Part shown: piece after piece, positions 28,842 through 37,432 of the stretch
Position numbering within the stretch: position 1 is the stretch's first letter
How the letters are laid out: every line of letters begins with the position of its first letter
Origin: Candidatus Woesearchaeota archaeon
GTDB lineage: Archaea > Nanobdellota > Nanobdellia > Woesearchaeales > GW2011-AR4
NCBI GenBank assembly: GCA_016184145.1
Contig: JACPDF010000021.1
Location: forward strand, 8,422 to 72,421
Direction: 5' to 3'
Length of the DNA: 64,000 nucleotides
Program-made: the position numbers and the translations under genes
Notes under the pieces: model-generated
What the model saw: only the letters and a program-made list of their open reading frames with translations
Told to the model about the DNA's origin: nothing
Databases searched by the model: none

Positions 28842-29384
28842 TTAATGCGCGGATGCGAAAGGCGCTGCTACCGATATTACCTTATAGCTCCTGTATGTGT
28901 TTAAAAACTGCTCAATGGTGTGGTGCAAATGATGCATGTCATGGGTCAGCTGCTGCTCAAACCTCTCAGTGTAAATTTTGTAGACAAAATTGTTGTAGAT
29001 TGACCTTAAAAACTGAAAAAATGGGAATTGCTCCCATCTGTTTGACTCGTCAAGCTCAAGGTAAGCATCGATATAAATAACCGCCCTTCCGTTCCCAACC
29101 TTGACTTTTTTATTCTCCATTATGGCTTCAACTTTGCTGTAGTCATAAATCAAAATTCTGATTTTAGGCCAATACCTGGCATAATCTGATATTCTTTTCC
29201 AGCATTTTATCTGCCATTCTATTTGTTTTCCCTTGGAGGTGTTATTTTCAAACTCCTTTTCCGTCTTTAAATCCCACCCTCTCTCCTTTAGAAAAGCGGT
29301 TATGTGCTTGAACAATGAGTTGGCATCAAAAGGCCCTTCATAATTAAGCCTTAGATGGTCAACAGTCAGCCTTAACTCAGACAT
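28842..29384 (-). CDS. unknown-function protein, paralog family member 2 of 3
   Basis: 180 aa, 4 nt downstream of member 3's intergenic region and 4 nt upstream of member 1, so members 1 and 2 form an operon. Confidence 0.55.
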   Translation of the reverse strand: MSELRLTVDHLRLNYEGPFDANSLFKHITAFLKERGWDLKTEKEFENNTSKGKQIEWQIKCWKRISDYARYWPKIRILIYDYSKVEAIMENKKVKVGNGRAVIYIDAYLELDESNRWEQFPFFQFLRSIYNNFVYKIYTERFEQQLTHDMHHLHHTIEQFLNTYRSYKVISVAAPFASAH

Positions 29385-29391
29385 GCTAAAA

Positions 29392-29418
29392 ATTCACCTC
29401 GTGAATTTTTGCACACAA
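29392..29418. promoter_or_regulatory. perfect 10-bp inverted repeat at the promoter of paralog 2
   Basis: AAAAATTCAC-ctc-GTGAATTTTT lies 8-35 nt upstream of the ATG of 28842..29384. Confidence 0.4.
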
Positions 29419-29495
29419 GAGCGAAGCTCTGTGCCGAACTCCGTTCGTGCACCGAAAATCTAATGGAAATCTCTTTGAAATTCTTTGAATTTCTA

Positions 29496-29578
29496 AGAGA
29501 TACAGAAAATCTTTGATTTTCTCGTATCTTTGATTTCCAGTAGATACCAAAAATCCTTTGGATTTTTTAGTATCTTTG
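29496..29578. repeat. two adjacent imperfect ~32-bp palindromes between paralogs 3 and 2
   Basis: GATACAGAAAATC-TTT-GATTTTCTCGTATC and GATACCAAAAATCC-TTT-GGATTTTTTAGTATC. These could be a terminator or an operator. Confidence 0.35.
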
Positions 29579-29590
29579 ATTTTCATGTGT

Positions 29591-30211
29591 TTATCTCACC
29601 TTGGCGAAGTACCTGTGTTCATATCCTTCAGCTTCCATCTTTAGCCTTTCTTTAACCAAAGAATGCAGTTTCAGGAAAACATTATAATGCATGGTGTCCC
29701 ACCATATGGCCTCTATCTTTTTCCATATGACATATTTGTGGTAAAAGTTCCTTAAATTGACATAGAAGGCATTTTCCTCCCATCTTTTGTCATAATCAGT
29801 CTCAACCTTTCCTAGGAATTGTATCCACAATCTTCCTTTTGTAAAGGTTTTTTTTGTGCCGTCTTTCATGGCAACTTCCACATCCTGTGTGTCGTATGTA
29901 TGCAGGAACAGCGTGATAACAAAGCGGTAATATTCCTCAACGTCCCTCTTTGCCTCCCACACATGATATGTTTCAGGACCGAAGGGCCCGGGATGCTTCA
30001 CAATATACCTTTTCTCATAAAACTTGAACTTGTTCTTAGTAAAAAAAGAAGCCACAAACTCATACAAATCCTGCATGTCCCAGACCCCCTTATATTGTAT
30101 GTATGTTGGCCATGTAGGCGCTTCCTTATGCGTCCAGGGTAAAGGTTCCACCATGAGAAAATTCCCGTATAGAATGTATATAAATGTTGCGGAAAATTTG
30201 TGATTTCGCAA
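29591..30211 (-). CDS. unknown-function protein, paralog family member 3 of 3
   Basis: 206 aa, a divergent member of the same family, with the motifs Y.G...L..F..F, WE..R, LR.FY.KY. Confidence 0.5.
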   Translation of the reverse strand: MRNHKFSATFIYILYGNFLMVEPLPWTHKEAPTWPTYIQYKGVWDMQDLYEFVASFFTKNKFKFYEKRYIVKHPGPFGPETYHVWEAKRDVEEYYRFVITLFLHTYDTQDVEVAMKDGTKKTFTKGRLWIQFLGKVETDYDKRWEENAFYVNLRNFYHKYVIWKKIEAIWWDTMHYNVFLKLHSLVKERLKMEAEGYEHRYFAKVR

Positions 30212-30233
30212 ATTTTCTCAACCCAGAAAATTT

Positions 30234-30262
30234 CAGAGAAATTTTCGTTGGTTTTGGAATTT
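30234..30262. promoter_or_regulatory. 9-bp inverted repeat upstream of paralog 3
   Basis: GAAAATTTG-tgatttcg-CAAATTTTC lies about 25-50 nt upstream of the ATG at 30211. A TATA-like TTTATATACA sits between the repeat and the start. Confidence 0.4.
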
Positions 30263-30279
30263 TAAAAAAATTCCAAATA

Positions 30280-30358
30280 CCTCGAAAACTCTGTTTTCCG
30301 CTGGTTTTTGTTTTTTTTTTGCAAAAACCTCGAAAACTTGTTTTCCGCTGGTTTCTAC
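30280..30358. repeat. two ~29-bp direct repeats upstream of paralog 3
   Basis: ACCTCGAAAACTCTGTTTTCCGCTGGTTTTT and ACCTCGAAAACTTGTTTTCCGCTGGTTTCT are separated by a T-run. Confidence 0.4.
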
Positions 30359-30360
30359 TG

Positions 30361-30921
30361 CTAAGCAAACAGTTTTTCCTGCTTGGCGCAACTCTCGCAC
30401 AAAACAGTCCCTTTTACTTCCCTCACTTTCTCAGAATACTCACCGCACTCCTGGCATATGCCCTCAGTAGGTATTATCCTGTTTATCGGCTTCCTGCTCT
30501 CTTCCTTTAACTCGAATTTCTCAACTATAAGCTCAAAAAGCTGCGGCTCTATCTTCAGGATGTCTTTTATCGTGAGCAATCCAACTATTTCATTGCCCTG
30601 CACAACCGGAAGATGCCTTATGTTGTTGTCCCTCATCTTTATCAGGGCATCGTAAATGTCCGCATCAGGATTTATTGTTATCAGTTCTGTTTCCATGAAA
30701 TCCCTTACCTTCGCTTTTTTTAGGCTGATGCCCTTCGCAACCGCTTTCCTAACGATGTCTTTTTCAGTTATAATCCCTAAAGATTGCCCATCATCCTTTA
30801 CAACAACAGCGCCTATATGGTTGGAGTCCATAACCCTGGCGCACTCAGGCAGTGTAAAGCCCGACGTAACAGAAATAACATTTATCGTCATCGCATCCGC
30901 AACCTGAATGCCTGATTTCAT
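30361..30921 (-). CDS. CBS-domain pair protein with a C-terminal C4 zinc ribbon
   Basis: Two CBS motifs (…HIGAVVVKDDGQSLGIITEKDI… and …NIRHLPVVQGNEIVGLLTIKDI…) are followed by CQECGEY…CESC. Confidence 0.8.
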   Translation of the reverse strand: MKSGIQVADAMTINVISVTSGFTLPECARVMDSNHIGAVVVKDDGQSLGIITEKDIVRKAVAKGISLKKAKVRDFMETELITINPDADIYDALIKMRDNNIRHLPVVQGNEIVGLLTIKDILKIEPQLFELIVEKFELKEESRKPINRIIPTEGICQECGEYSEKVREVKGTVLCESCAKQEKLFA

Positions 30922-31039
30922 TTTAGGATATAATTGGATTAGGAATTTATAAACTTATTGCTTTAAGGGCTTTTGCAAAGCAAACTTGATATTAATATTA
31001 TAAATTTTAGAGTTTTAATTTTATTATTATAAAAATTAA

Positions 31040-31230
31040 TTTTTATTTAGTAAGCGACTTAATTTTAGGGCAAAATTCAATCCGTCGCTTCACGATTGAT
31101 TTCAAAATTAATACCGAGGCGGAGCGATATGTTTAGAGAGCGACGCCTCGGACTAGATTTGCGGAGCAGATTGAAATAAAATAGCAATAACAACTTAAAC
31201 TTTTGCCGAAGGCGGATTGAAGATAATTCC
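31040..31230. ncRNA. candidate structured non-coding RNA, low confidence
   Basis: AT-rich intergenic region with nested complementarity. GCGAC…GUCGC; CCGAGGCG…CGCCUCGG (31114..31151); and a long-range pairing of TTCAATCCG (about 31076) with CGGATTGAA (about 31207). Confidence 0.2.
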
Positions 31231-31278
31231 TAATTTAAGACTTATTACCCAGCAAGAATTATTTAATTGAAATATTTT

Positions 31279-33153
31279 TTAATAATTAATCAGAATCTCA
31301 ACATCCTTTCCGAATATATTCTTAAGGTTCTCGAATATTGGCTCTTTTATGAAGACTTTTGCAGGTATTTCCACTGTTGCAAGCGCTTTCTCAAGCTCTT
31401 CAATGGAGCTTTTCTGCACTGTTCCCAGGCTGCCGTCATCCTTTATCTTTGCCCTGCTTATCTCTTTCTCCTCGTGGTCAATGTCATGGATTATGAAGGC
31501 ATCCTTGTCCAGCAATATTACCTCTCCGTACCTGCTGCCGTGCTTCACCCTTATCTTTGCCCTTTCCAGCTCCCTCCCTCTTTTCCTCTGCATATACTCC
31601 ACCAAAAACTTGATAAGCTCGTTTGAGTCTTTCTGCACCTTGTCAACCTCGTTCTTCGTAAGCTTCTTCTCATCATAATCTTTTTTTGCCTGTATTATCT
31701 CATTTAAAATCCTTAAGAACTTTGCGGGTATTTTCCCCTGGCTTATCAGCTCGTTCTCAAACAGGTTTACAACCTCCTCATCCTGTACCTTTTCTATTCC
31801 CTCCATCCTCAAAACGTCCCTTATTATAGTCACAATGGTCTCATAAATCTTCACCATGTCCTGCTCTTCCTTCATCTTTTCTATCTGCGTGAACAGCCTC
31901 TTTATCCTCTTGAGGTACTTGTCGCTCTCGTTTAGCAGCTCGTCTATCTCCTTCCCTGTCATGTCTTTTTTCTCGCCGTGCTCTATTGCCTTTCTTGTCT
32001 CTATGACTTTTTCCAGGGTTTTTATGAATTTATCCTCGAGCAGCTTCTCTTTCTGCACGAAAATCTGCCTCATCAGGGATGCGGTTTCTTTAGGTGCCGG
32101 TGGAGGAACGCCATGCAGCATCAATGCTGCCTGCGACGGGGTTAAGATGGCATAATAAATGTCTTCCATGCCTATATCCTTCAGTTTTAATTCCACTCTT
32201 TTGAGCATCTGCTCTCCAGAGCCCATGAACATGTCAATTGCCTCGGCGCTTGGCTTAATTTTGCCCATCTTGAGCAGATATTTCCACGGCATAAATATGC
32301 CCCTATCATAAAATGGAACGCCGTCTCTCAGCAAAGTAAATATTATCGGGTTGGCTTCCCTTAAGCTGTCCCAGAAATCAGTCAGTATATATACCTGGAT
32401 GTTAAGCTTGTTTTTTATCCCGGTTAAATCCCCTGCTTCAATGCCCATCCCTATAATGATGGCCCTTAACTTGTCTTTCAGCTCTGCCCTCGTCATCTTC
32501 TTTACATCAGTGTCGTCAATTACAACCCAGACATCAATGTCTGATGTCGGAGTGGCTCTTCCCTGTATCAGGCTTCCAGCCAGAACATAGCTGATGATAT
32601 ATTTCTCAAACTTCTTAAGGACCATGGTCTTGTGGACTTCCGCAATTTTAATAGCCGCCAGCATGCCCCTGTCAAAGATTGGAGCAGACATCGCTATTAA
32701 TTGCAGCAGCTCATATTTGGCATCATAGCAGTTCTGCCACAATTCCGATAAAATCACGGTCTGCGGCGCAAGGTTTTTGTCAATCTCCTGCGCAATATTG
32801 CCTATTATCACAGAAAGCTTATCCTTAAGCTCAAACTTGGACATTTTCCTGCTGTCAGAATCATCAACAAGAACCAGCACATTTATTTTGTCTTTGTCTT
32901 CCGGCTTCTGCTCTTTCTGCTCTTCCGGCTTTGGAGGAGGCAATAAAGTTATTCCTGCTATGTACTTGTCAAATTTCTCCAATGCTTGCTTCTGGAACTT
33001 GTCCAGCTTTACCTTTATTGCTTTTAGCTTTTCCTGCACATCTTTAGGCAATTTGTCAAAGGCAGCTTTTTCCTGCATAACCATGTCTTTGTCTGGCTTC
33101 TGCTGCTTCTCATTGCCGTTTTTCTTCTCGTATTTCTTTGATTTTTTGGCCAT
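31279..33153 (-). CDS. Pol-beta-superfamily nucleotidyltransferase domain protein (GlnD/DUF294-like), 624 aa
   Basis: Minimal NTase motif GSLIQGRATPTSDIDVWVVIDD, with a second degenerate NTase-like segment (NVLVLVDDSDS). The N- and C-terminal regions are K/E-rich and probably coiled-coil. Confidence 0.5.
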   Translation of the reverse strand: MAKKSKKYEKKNGNEKQQKPDKDMVMQEKAAFDKLPKDVQEKLKAIKVKLDKFQKQALEKFDKYIAGITLLPPPKPEEQKEQKPEDKDKINVLVLVDDSDSRKMSKFELKDKLSVIIGNIAQEIDKNLAPQTVILSELWQNCYDAKYELLQLIAMSAPIFDRGMLAAIKIAEVHKTMVLKKFEKYIISYVLAGSLIQGRATPTSDIDVWVVIDDTDVKKMTRAELKDKLRAIIIGMGIEAGDLTGIKNKLNIQVYILTDFWDSLREANPIIFTLLRDGVPFYDRGIFMPWKYLLKMGKIKPSAEAIDMFMGSGEQMLKRVELKLKDIGMEDIYYAILTPSQAALMLHGVPPPAPKETASLMRQIFVQKEKLLEDKFIKTLEKVIETRKAIEHGEKKDMTGKEIDELLNESDKYLKRIKRLFTQIEKMKEEQDMVKIYETIVTIIRDVLRMEGIEKVQDEEVVNLFENELISQGKIPAKFLRILNEIIQAKKDYDEKKLTKNEVDKVQKDSNELIKFLVEYMQRKRGRELERAKIRVKHGSRYGEVILLDKDAFIIHDIDHEEKEISRAKIKDDGSLGTVQKSSIEELEKALATVEIPAKVFIKEPIFENLKNIFGKDVEILINY

Positions 33154-33360
33154 GCTAAAAAATCTCCAATTTTATTCATTTTTGTGTTTGTTGTATTATA
33201 TTTAAAGCTTTTGCTATTTAAAATTCTTGGTAAAATTCCGTTTTTAATAAAAATATTTATAAACGAGTCTGTTTCCAAGCTTTATATGCAAAAATATCCA
33301 GCAAATAGCAGGACTGAATGACTTATTCTTGATTTAGGTAGCTATAACTCTGAAAACCTA

Positions 33361-34467
33361 GTGGTCAAAATGAGCATAACGGAAAAGCAAAAACACCAGC
33401 TGAAAAAATTAATCAAGGAGCTTGAGCAATATAAGGGCAGACATACGGAATTGGTTAGTGTCTATATTCCGCAGGATTATGATATTGTAAAGATCATAAA
33501 CCACCTTGACCAGGAGAAAGGCACCGCTACCAACATAAAATCCGCTTCTACAAGGAAGAATGTCACAGACGCCCTGGAGAGGATGATTCAGCACCTGCGC
33601 CTGTTCAAAAGGACTCCTGAAAACGGCCTTGCTGTTTTTTCAGGCAATGTTGCGGAGAGGGAAGGCCAGCAGGACTTCAAGGTGTGGAGCATTGAGCCTC
33701 CTATCCCATTGAAAACCAGAATCTATCGCTGCGACAAGGAGTTTGTCCTTGAACTGCTAAGGGACATGATGGAAACCAAGGAAGTTTACGGCCTTGTGAT
33801 AGTGGACAGGAGGGACGCTATAATAGCCCATCTCAAGGGAAAAACAATAATTCCCCTATTAAAGACGCATTCTGAAGTTCCGGGAAAGACGAAAGCCGGC
33901 GGGCAATCTGCCGCGCGTTTTGAGAGATTAAGGGAAGGCGCAAAAAAGGACCATTTCAAGAAAGTTGCAGAATATATGAAAGAGAAATTCTTAACGGATA
34001 AAAATCTCAAAGGCATAATTGTTGGCGGCCCGGGACCGACAAAATACGACTTTATTGATTCCGGCTACATAACCGCAGACGTCAGGAACAAAATCATTGC
34101 AATAAAAGACCTGAGCTACACAGGCGAATTTGGCTTGCAGGAGCTTCTGGAAAAAAGCGGGGACGTGCTTGCAGAAGAAGGCGTAATGGAGGAAAAGAAA
34201 ATTGTTGGAAGGTTTTTTGAGCTTCTTTCAACAAAGCCGGGAATGGTGTCTTATGGCGTGGAAGAGACGATGAAAAACCTGAAAATGGGGACTGTCGAGA
34301 CATTATTGATTTCAGAAACGCTGGAAGATGAAAAAATAGAGGAATTTGAAAAGGAAGCGGAAAAAGTAGGGACTGATGTAAAAATAATCTCAACAGAGAC
34401 AAGGGAAGGTGCTCAGCTGATGGAAATGGGAAAAGTCGCTGCCATCCTGAGGTATGAGGTAAGGTAA
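33361..34467 (+). CDS. prf1: peptide chain release factor aRF1
   Basis: NIKS motif (TATNIKSAS) and GGQ motif (KTKAGGQSAARF), with the typical aRF1 domain order. Confidence 0.9.
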   Translation: MVKMSITEKQKHQLKKLIKELEQYKGRHTELVSVYIPQDYDIVKIINHLDQEKGTATNIKSASTRKNVTDALERMIQHLRLFKRTPENGLAVFSGNVAEREGQQDFKVWSIEPPIPLKTRIYRCDKEFVLELLRDMMETKEVYGLVIVDRRDAIIAHLKGKTIIPLLKTHSEVPGKTKAGGQSAARFERLREGAKKDHFKKVAEYMKEKFLTDKNLKGIIVGGPGPTKYDFIDSGYITADVRNKIIAIKDLSYTGEFGLQELLEKSGDVLAEEGVMEEKKIVGRFFELLSTKPGMVSYGVEETMKNLKMGTVETLLISETLEDEKIEEFEKEAEKVGTDVKIISTETREGAQLMEMGKVAAILRYEVR

Positions 34468-34468
34468 T

Positions 34469-35113
34469 GTGTCAATTATAACTGACGCTTTTGAGGACTT
34501 GTTTCCTGAAAAAAACATCGAGGACTTCAATTTTAAGATAAATTATAATGGCAAGTTCAAGCCGTATAATGCCAATGTAAAATACACAAGGAATTCTTTT
34601 GCCTTTAATTTGAGCAAAAAATGGAAAAATGTAAGCAGGGAAATACAAATTGGCCTGTTACAGGAATTATTGTTAAAAATTTTCAAAACAAAAAAAAATA
34701 CTTTTAACATTGACTTATACAATAATTTCATGAAGAAAATATATATAGCTGCCCCGAAGACAAAAATAGACTCTTTTCTTGAGGAATCCTTTGACAGGGT
34801 AAATGAAAAATATTTCATTGGCATAGTCGAGAAGCCAAACCTCATATGGCACAGCTCTATAAGGCGCTTAGGAAGCTATGAGTACGGCTCTGACACGATA
34901 TCCATAAGCCGTGTTCTGGAAAATGACCTGGATGCATTGGATTATGTAATGCATCATGAGATGCTGCACAAAAAGCTCAAGTTTGACAATAAAAACGGAA
35001 GCTGCAGGCACCATACAAAAGCATTTAGGGAGCTGGAAAGGAAGTTTGAAAACAGCAATGAGATGGAAGAGAGGCTGAAAATCATTGCGGGGCATGGCAT
35101 GAGAAAGAGATAG
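34469..35113 (+). CDS. SprT-like / DUF45-type putative zinc metallopeptidase
   Basis: HExxH in VMHHEMLHKK, followed by a Cys/His cluster (GSCRHH). GTG start 1 nt after the aRF1 stop. Confidence 0.45.
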   Translation: MSIITDAFEDLFPEKNIEDFNFKINYNGKFKPYNANVKYTRNSFAFNLSKKWKNVSREIQIGLLQELLLKIFKTKKNTFNIDLYNNFMKKIYIAAPKTKIDSFLEESFDRVNEKYFIGIVEKPNLIWHSSIRRLGSYEYGSDTISISRVLENDLDALDYVMHHEMLHKKLKFDNKNGSCRHHTKAFRELERKFENSNEMEERLKIIAGHGMRKR

Positions 35114-35123
35114 AGAAAAAAAG

Positions 35124-36206
35124 ATGAAAATAAAAATATATATTTCACTAATCTTAGTTTTCATATTAAATTTTTTTATAGTGAATGCTATTGATTCTGT
35201 TACAGATGCACTGATAGAAGGTCAAACAAAAACATATACGATTGACGGCAAGACTTATGAAGTTACACCGAATTTTATTGACTCGGACGAAGCACAGTAT
35301 ATTGTTAATGGTAGAGTAACTAAAAAATTGAAAGCTGGTGATACTTATAATATATCAGAAGACATAGTAATTGGTGTAATAAACATTTTGTACCAAGACT
35401 ATGCTGGTGGCATTCACAGCACAACATTTGCTCTTACCCAAATAGAGCGATGTGGCAATAGTATATGCGGTGAAGGAGAAACATGCTCATCATGCCAACA
35501 AGATTGCGGCTGTGTTTCAGGATATGCGTGCCAATCAGAACAATGTATACAAGTAGTATTCTGCGGAGATAATAAATGCGGCCCTGAAGAAACTTGTGAA
35601 AAAGATAATTGCTGCTATGGAAGAACTGTTGATTTGAATTCTGATAGATACTATTGCGGTTCTTGCGGCAATGTTTGTATTACTAATCAAGACTGTATTT
35701 CTGGCATCTGTAAATTTCCTGAATATTGTGGAGATGACGCTTGCAATTCAAACGAGAACTGTGGAACTTGTGCTGAAGATTGTGCTTGTGCAAAAAACAC
35801 AAGATGTGAGTTAAATAAATGTGTAACTTACTGTGGTAACGGAATTTGCGAATCAAATGAGAAAGGTATTTGCAAAGCAGATTGCAAATGGTGCGGTGAT
35901 AGCAGTTGCAATGGCAATGAAGATTATAAAAAGTGTCCTCAAGATTGTGAAAGACCAATTATTTGCAGCGATAAAATATGTGATAATAATGAAAACTGTT
36001 GCATAGATTGTGGTTGTGATATTGGTTACGAGTGCATAAGTAATTCTTGTGTTTTAGCTTATGAATGCATATCAAATTCTGATTGTGGTGGTAATGAGGT
36101 CTGCATCAATAATAAATGTGTTTTAGTTGCTCAAAATACAATAAAAGAAGGACAAAATGTTTTGCAAGTTGTTATTAAATGGTTTTTTGGTTTATTTAGG
36201 AGGTAG
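35124..36206 (+). CDS. secreted Cys-rich protein with about 8 tandem CGxxxC…E.C..C..DC modules
   Basis: Signal peptide, then repeated modules such as CGNSICGEGETCSSCQQDCGC and CGDDACNSNENCGTCAEDCAC. Confidence 0.6.
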   Translation: MKIKIYISLILVFILNFFIVNAIDSVTDALIEGQTKTYTIDGKTYEVTPNFIDSDEAQYIVNGRVTKKLKAGDTYNISEDIVIGVINILYQDYAGGIHSTTFALTQIERCGNSICGEGETCSSCQQDCGCVSGYACQSEQCIQVVFCGDNKCGPEETCEKDNCCYGRTVDLNSDRYYCGSCGNVCITNQDCISGICKFPEYCGDDACNSNENCGTCAEDCACAKNTRCELNKCVTYCGNGICESNEKGICKADCKWCGDSSCNGNEDYKKCPQDCERPIICSDKICDNNENCCIDCGCDIGYECISNSCVLAYECISNSDCGGNEVCINNKCVLVAQNTIKEGQNVLQVVIKWFFGLFRR

Positions 36207-36208
36207 AT

Positions 36209-36457
36209 ATGGGTTTAAAAGAGTGGTGGAAAAGACTAAAGTATTGGAAAAGAGGTTTATATACAACTTTGGTCATTTATTTATTATTAAATATTCTTTA
36301 TTTAGGTTACACTACATATACTTCTAAAAAAATAATTTGTCTAACATTTGGTGGGGGCTTCAAATGTAACATTTTTGAATTTTTATTCACGTCTCTTGCT
36401 GGATTTCCTTGGTATTTCATCTTTATAGGTTTACCTATCATAATAATTTTTGGATGA
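36209..36457 (+). CDS. small membrane protein
   Basis: 82 aa with two hydrophobic helices, immediately downstream of the Cys-rich protein. Confidence 0.35.
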   Translation: MGLKEWWKRLKYWKRGLYTTLVIYLLLNILYLGYTTYTSKKIICLTFGGGFKCNIFEFLFTSLAGFPWYFIFIGLPIIIIFG

Positions 36458-36513
36458 TTGGTTTAATAAAATCAAAAAATGATAAGAAAATTAACTAGAT
36501 TTTCCGGGGTATT

Positions 36514-36568
36514 TGAAAAGAGTGAATTGTGAGCGAGTGAAACAAGTTTACTCGCATCTCCTCCTTTT
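36514..36568 (+). ncRNA. conserved intergenic hairpin element (copy 1 of 2)
   Basis: AGTGAATTGTGAGCGAGTGAAACAAGTTTACTCGCATCTCC. The inner stem is GCGAGTGAAAC/GTTTACTCGC with one bulged C, flanked by GAAAAGAG…CTCCTTTTC. Copy 2 is at 39645..39696. Confidence 0.4.
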
Positions 36569-36621
36569 CAAAACATTTAAATATAACTCCGTTTTTTTCT
36601 AACATACTATTTGGTGATTGA

Positions 36622-36831
36622 ATGAGCTCAAAGATTCTTCCTTTGGCTGCTATGGAAAAGATACTCAAGCAGTGCGGCGCTGACCGCGTTTCGGATAAGG
36701 CCAAAGTCGCTTTAAAGACTGTTGTCGAGGAAATTGCAGATAGGATAGCAGTCAAGGCAATACAGCTTGCTGTCCATGCGGGAAGGAAGACCGTAAAGGC
36801 AAGGGATATCAAGCTCGCTGCCAAAGGGTAG
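36622..36831 (+). CDS. archaeal histone (HMfB-like)
   Basis: 69-aa histone fold: LPLAAMEKILKQCGADRVSDKAKVALKTVVEEIADRIAVKAIQLAVHAGRKTVKARDIKLAAKG. Confidence 0.9.
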   Translation: MSSKILPLAAMEKILKQCGADRVSDKAKVALKTVVEEIADRIAVKAIQLAVHAGRKTVKARDIKLAAKG

Positions 36832-36944
36832 TCATAAAATTTATAAGTTATATGTCAAAAACACGCCGAAAATTCCGATTGCACAATCGGGATTTTCCAG
36901 CGTCTCAAATTATTGTCTTAATTTTCTGCAAAAAAGGTGATTTT

Positions 36945-37337
36945 ATGGCAACAAAGATGCAGTCTGTTGGAAGCTTGCAAAAAGGCAGCTATATTGTGCT
37001 TGAAGGCGCTGCCTGTAGGGTTGTTGACATGCAGGTCTCAAGGCCCGGCAAGCACGGCCACGCGAAAGTAAGGCTGACAGCAGTCGGCATTGTGGATGAG
37101 AAAAAAAGGGTTGTTGTAATGCCAGGCCACGATAATGTGGAAGTGCCGATAATAGAGAAGAAGACAGCCCAGGTCCTGTCTATACAGGGAGATACCGCAA
37201 ATGTCATGGATTCCGAGACATACGAGACATTTGACCTAAAAATACCTGAAGAATTAAAGGGGCAGGTTGCGGAAGGAATAAGTGTCCTGTACTGGGTCGT
37301 GCTTAGCGACAAAGTTATGAAGCAGATAAAAGGTTAA
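36945..37337 (+). CDS. eif5a: translation initiation factor 5A (aIF5A)
   Basis: Hypusine loop SRPGKHGHAKVR. The start is taken at the internal ATG (MATKMQ…); the longer ORF from 36852 adds an implausible leader. Confidence 0.9.
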   Translation: MATKMQSVGSLQKGSYIVLEGAACRVVDMQVSRPGKHGHAKVRLTAVGIVDEKKRVVVMPGHDNVEVPIIEKKTAQVLSIQGDTANVMDSETYETFDLKIPEELKGQVAEGISVLYWVVLSDKVMKQIKG

Positions 37338-37432
37338 AACAATAGTTAAAGCATTCAAGGATAAGATTAAAAAATAAGAAGCTGCAAAAACCACCGTAGG
37401 TGGTGCCAAAAATACACAGAGGATTTTTGAGT

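Noticed and set aside
29386-30358. A CRISPR array was considered for the clustered repeats at 29.4-30.4 kb and also at 2037-2124.
   Set aside because: Only two copies of each repeat are present and they are irregularly spaced. Several are inverted palindromes rather than direct repeats. No spacer-like unique units and no cas genes are present.
26700-30400. A classical integrated element (provirus or integrative plasmid) at the tRNA-like locus was considered.
   Set aside because: No integrase, transposase, capsid or replication gene is present and no clear long direct att repeats are seen. Only the HEG, the structured RNA and the paralog triplet are there, so the island idea is kept only as a hypothesis within the findings.
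31349-33205. Several plus-strand Ser/Phe/Leu-rich ORFs (31349..31678, 31856..32155, 32351..32590 and 32777..33205) were considered as genes.
   Set aside because: They are antisense to the K/E-rich nucleotidyltransferase gene and are compositional mirror artefacts.
36495-36824. A 109-aa minus-strand ORF spanning the histone gene and the upstream hairpin element was considered as a gene.
   Set aside because: It is antisense to a highly confident histone CDS, and the hairpin element explains the remaining span.
36852-36944. An upstream extension of aIF5A (MSKTRRKFRLHNRDF…) was considered.
   Set aside because: aIF5A homologs start at MATK…. The extension overlaps the histone terminator and promoter region.
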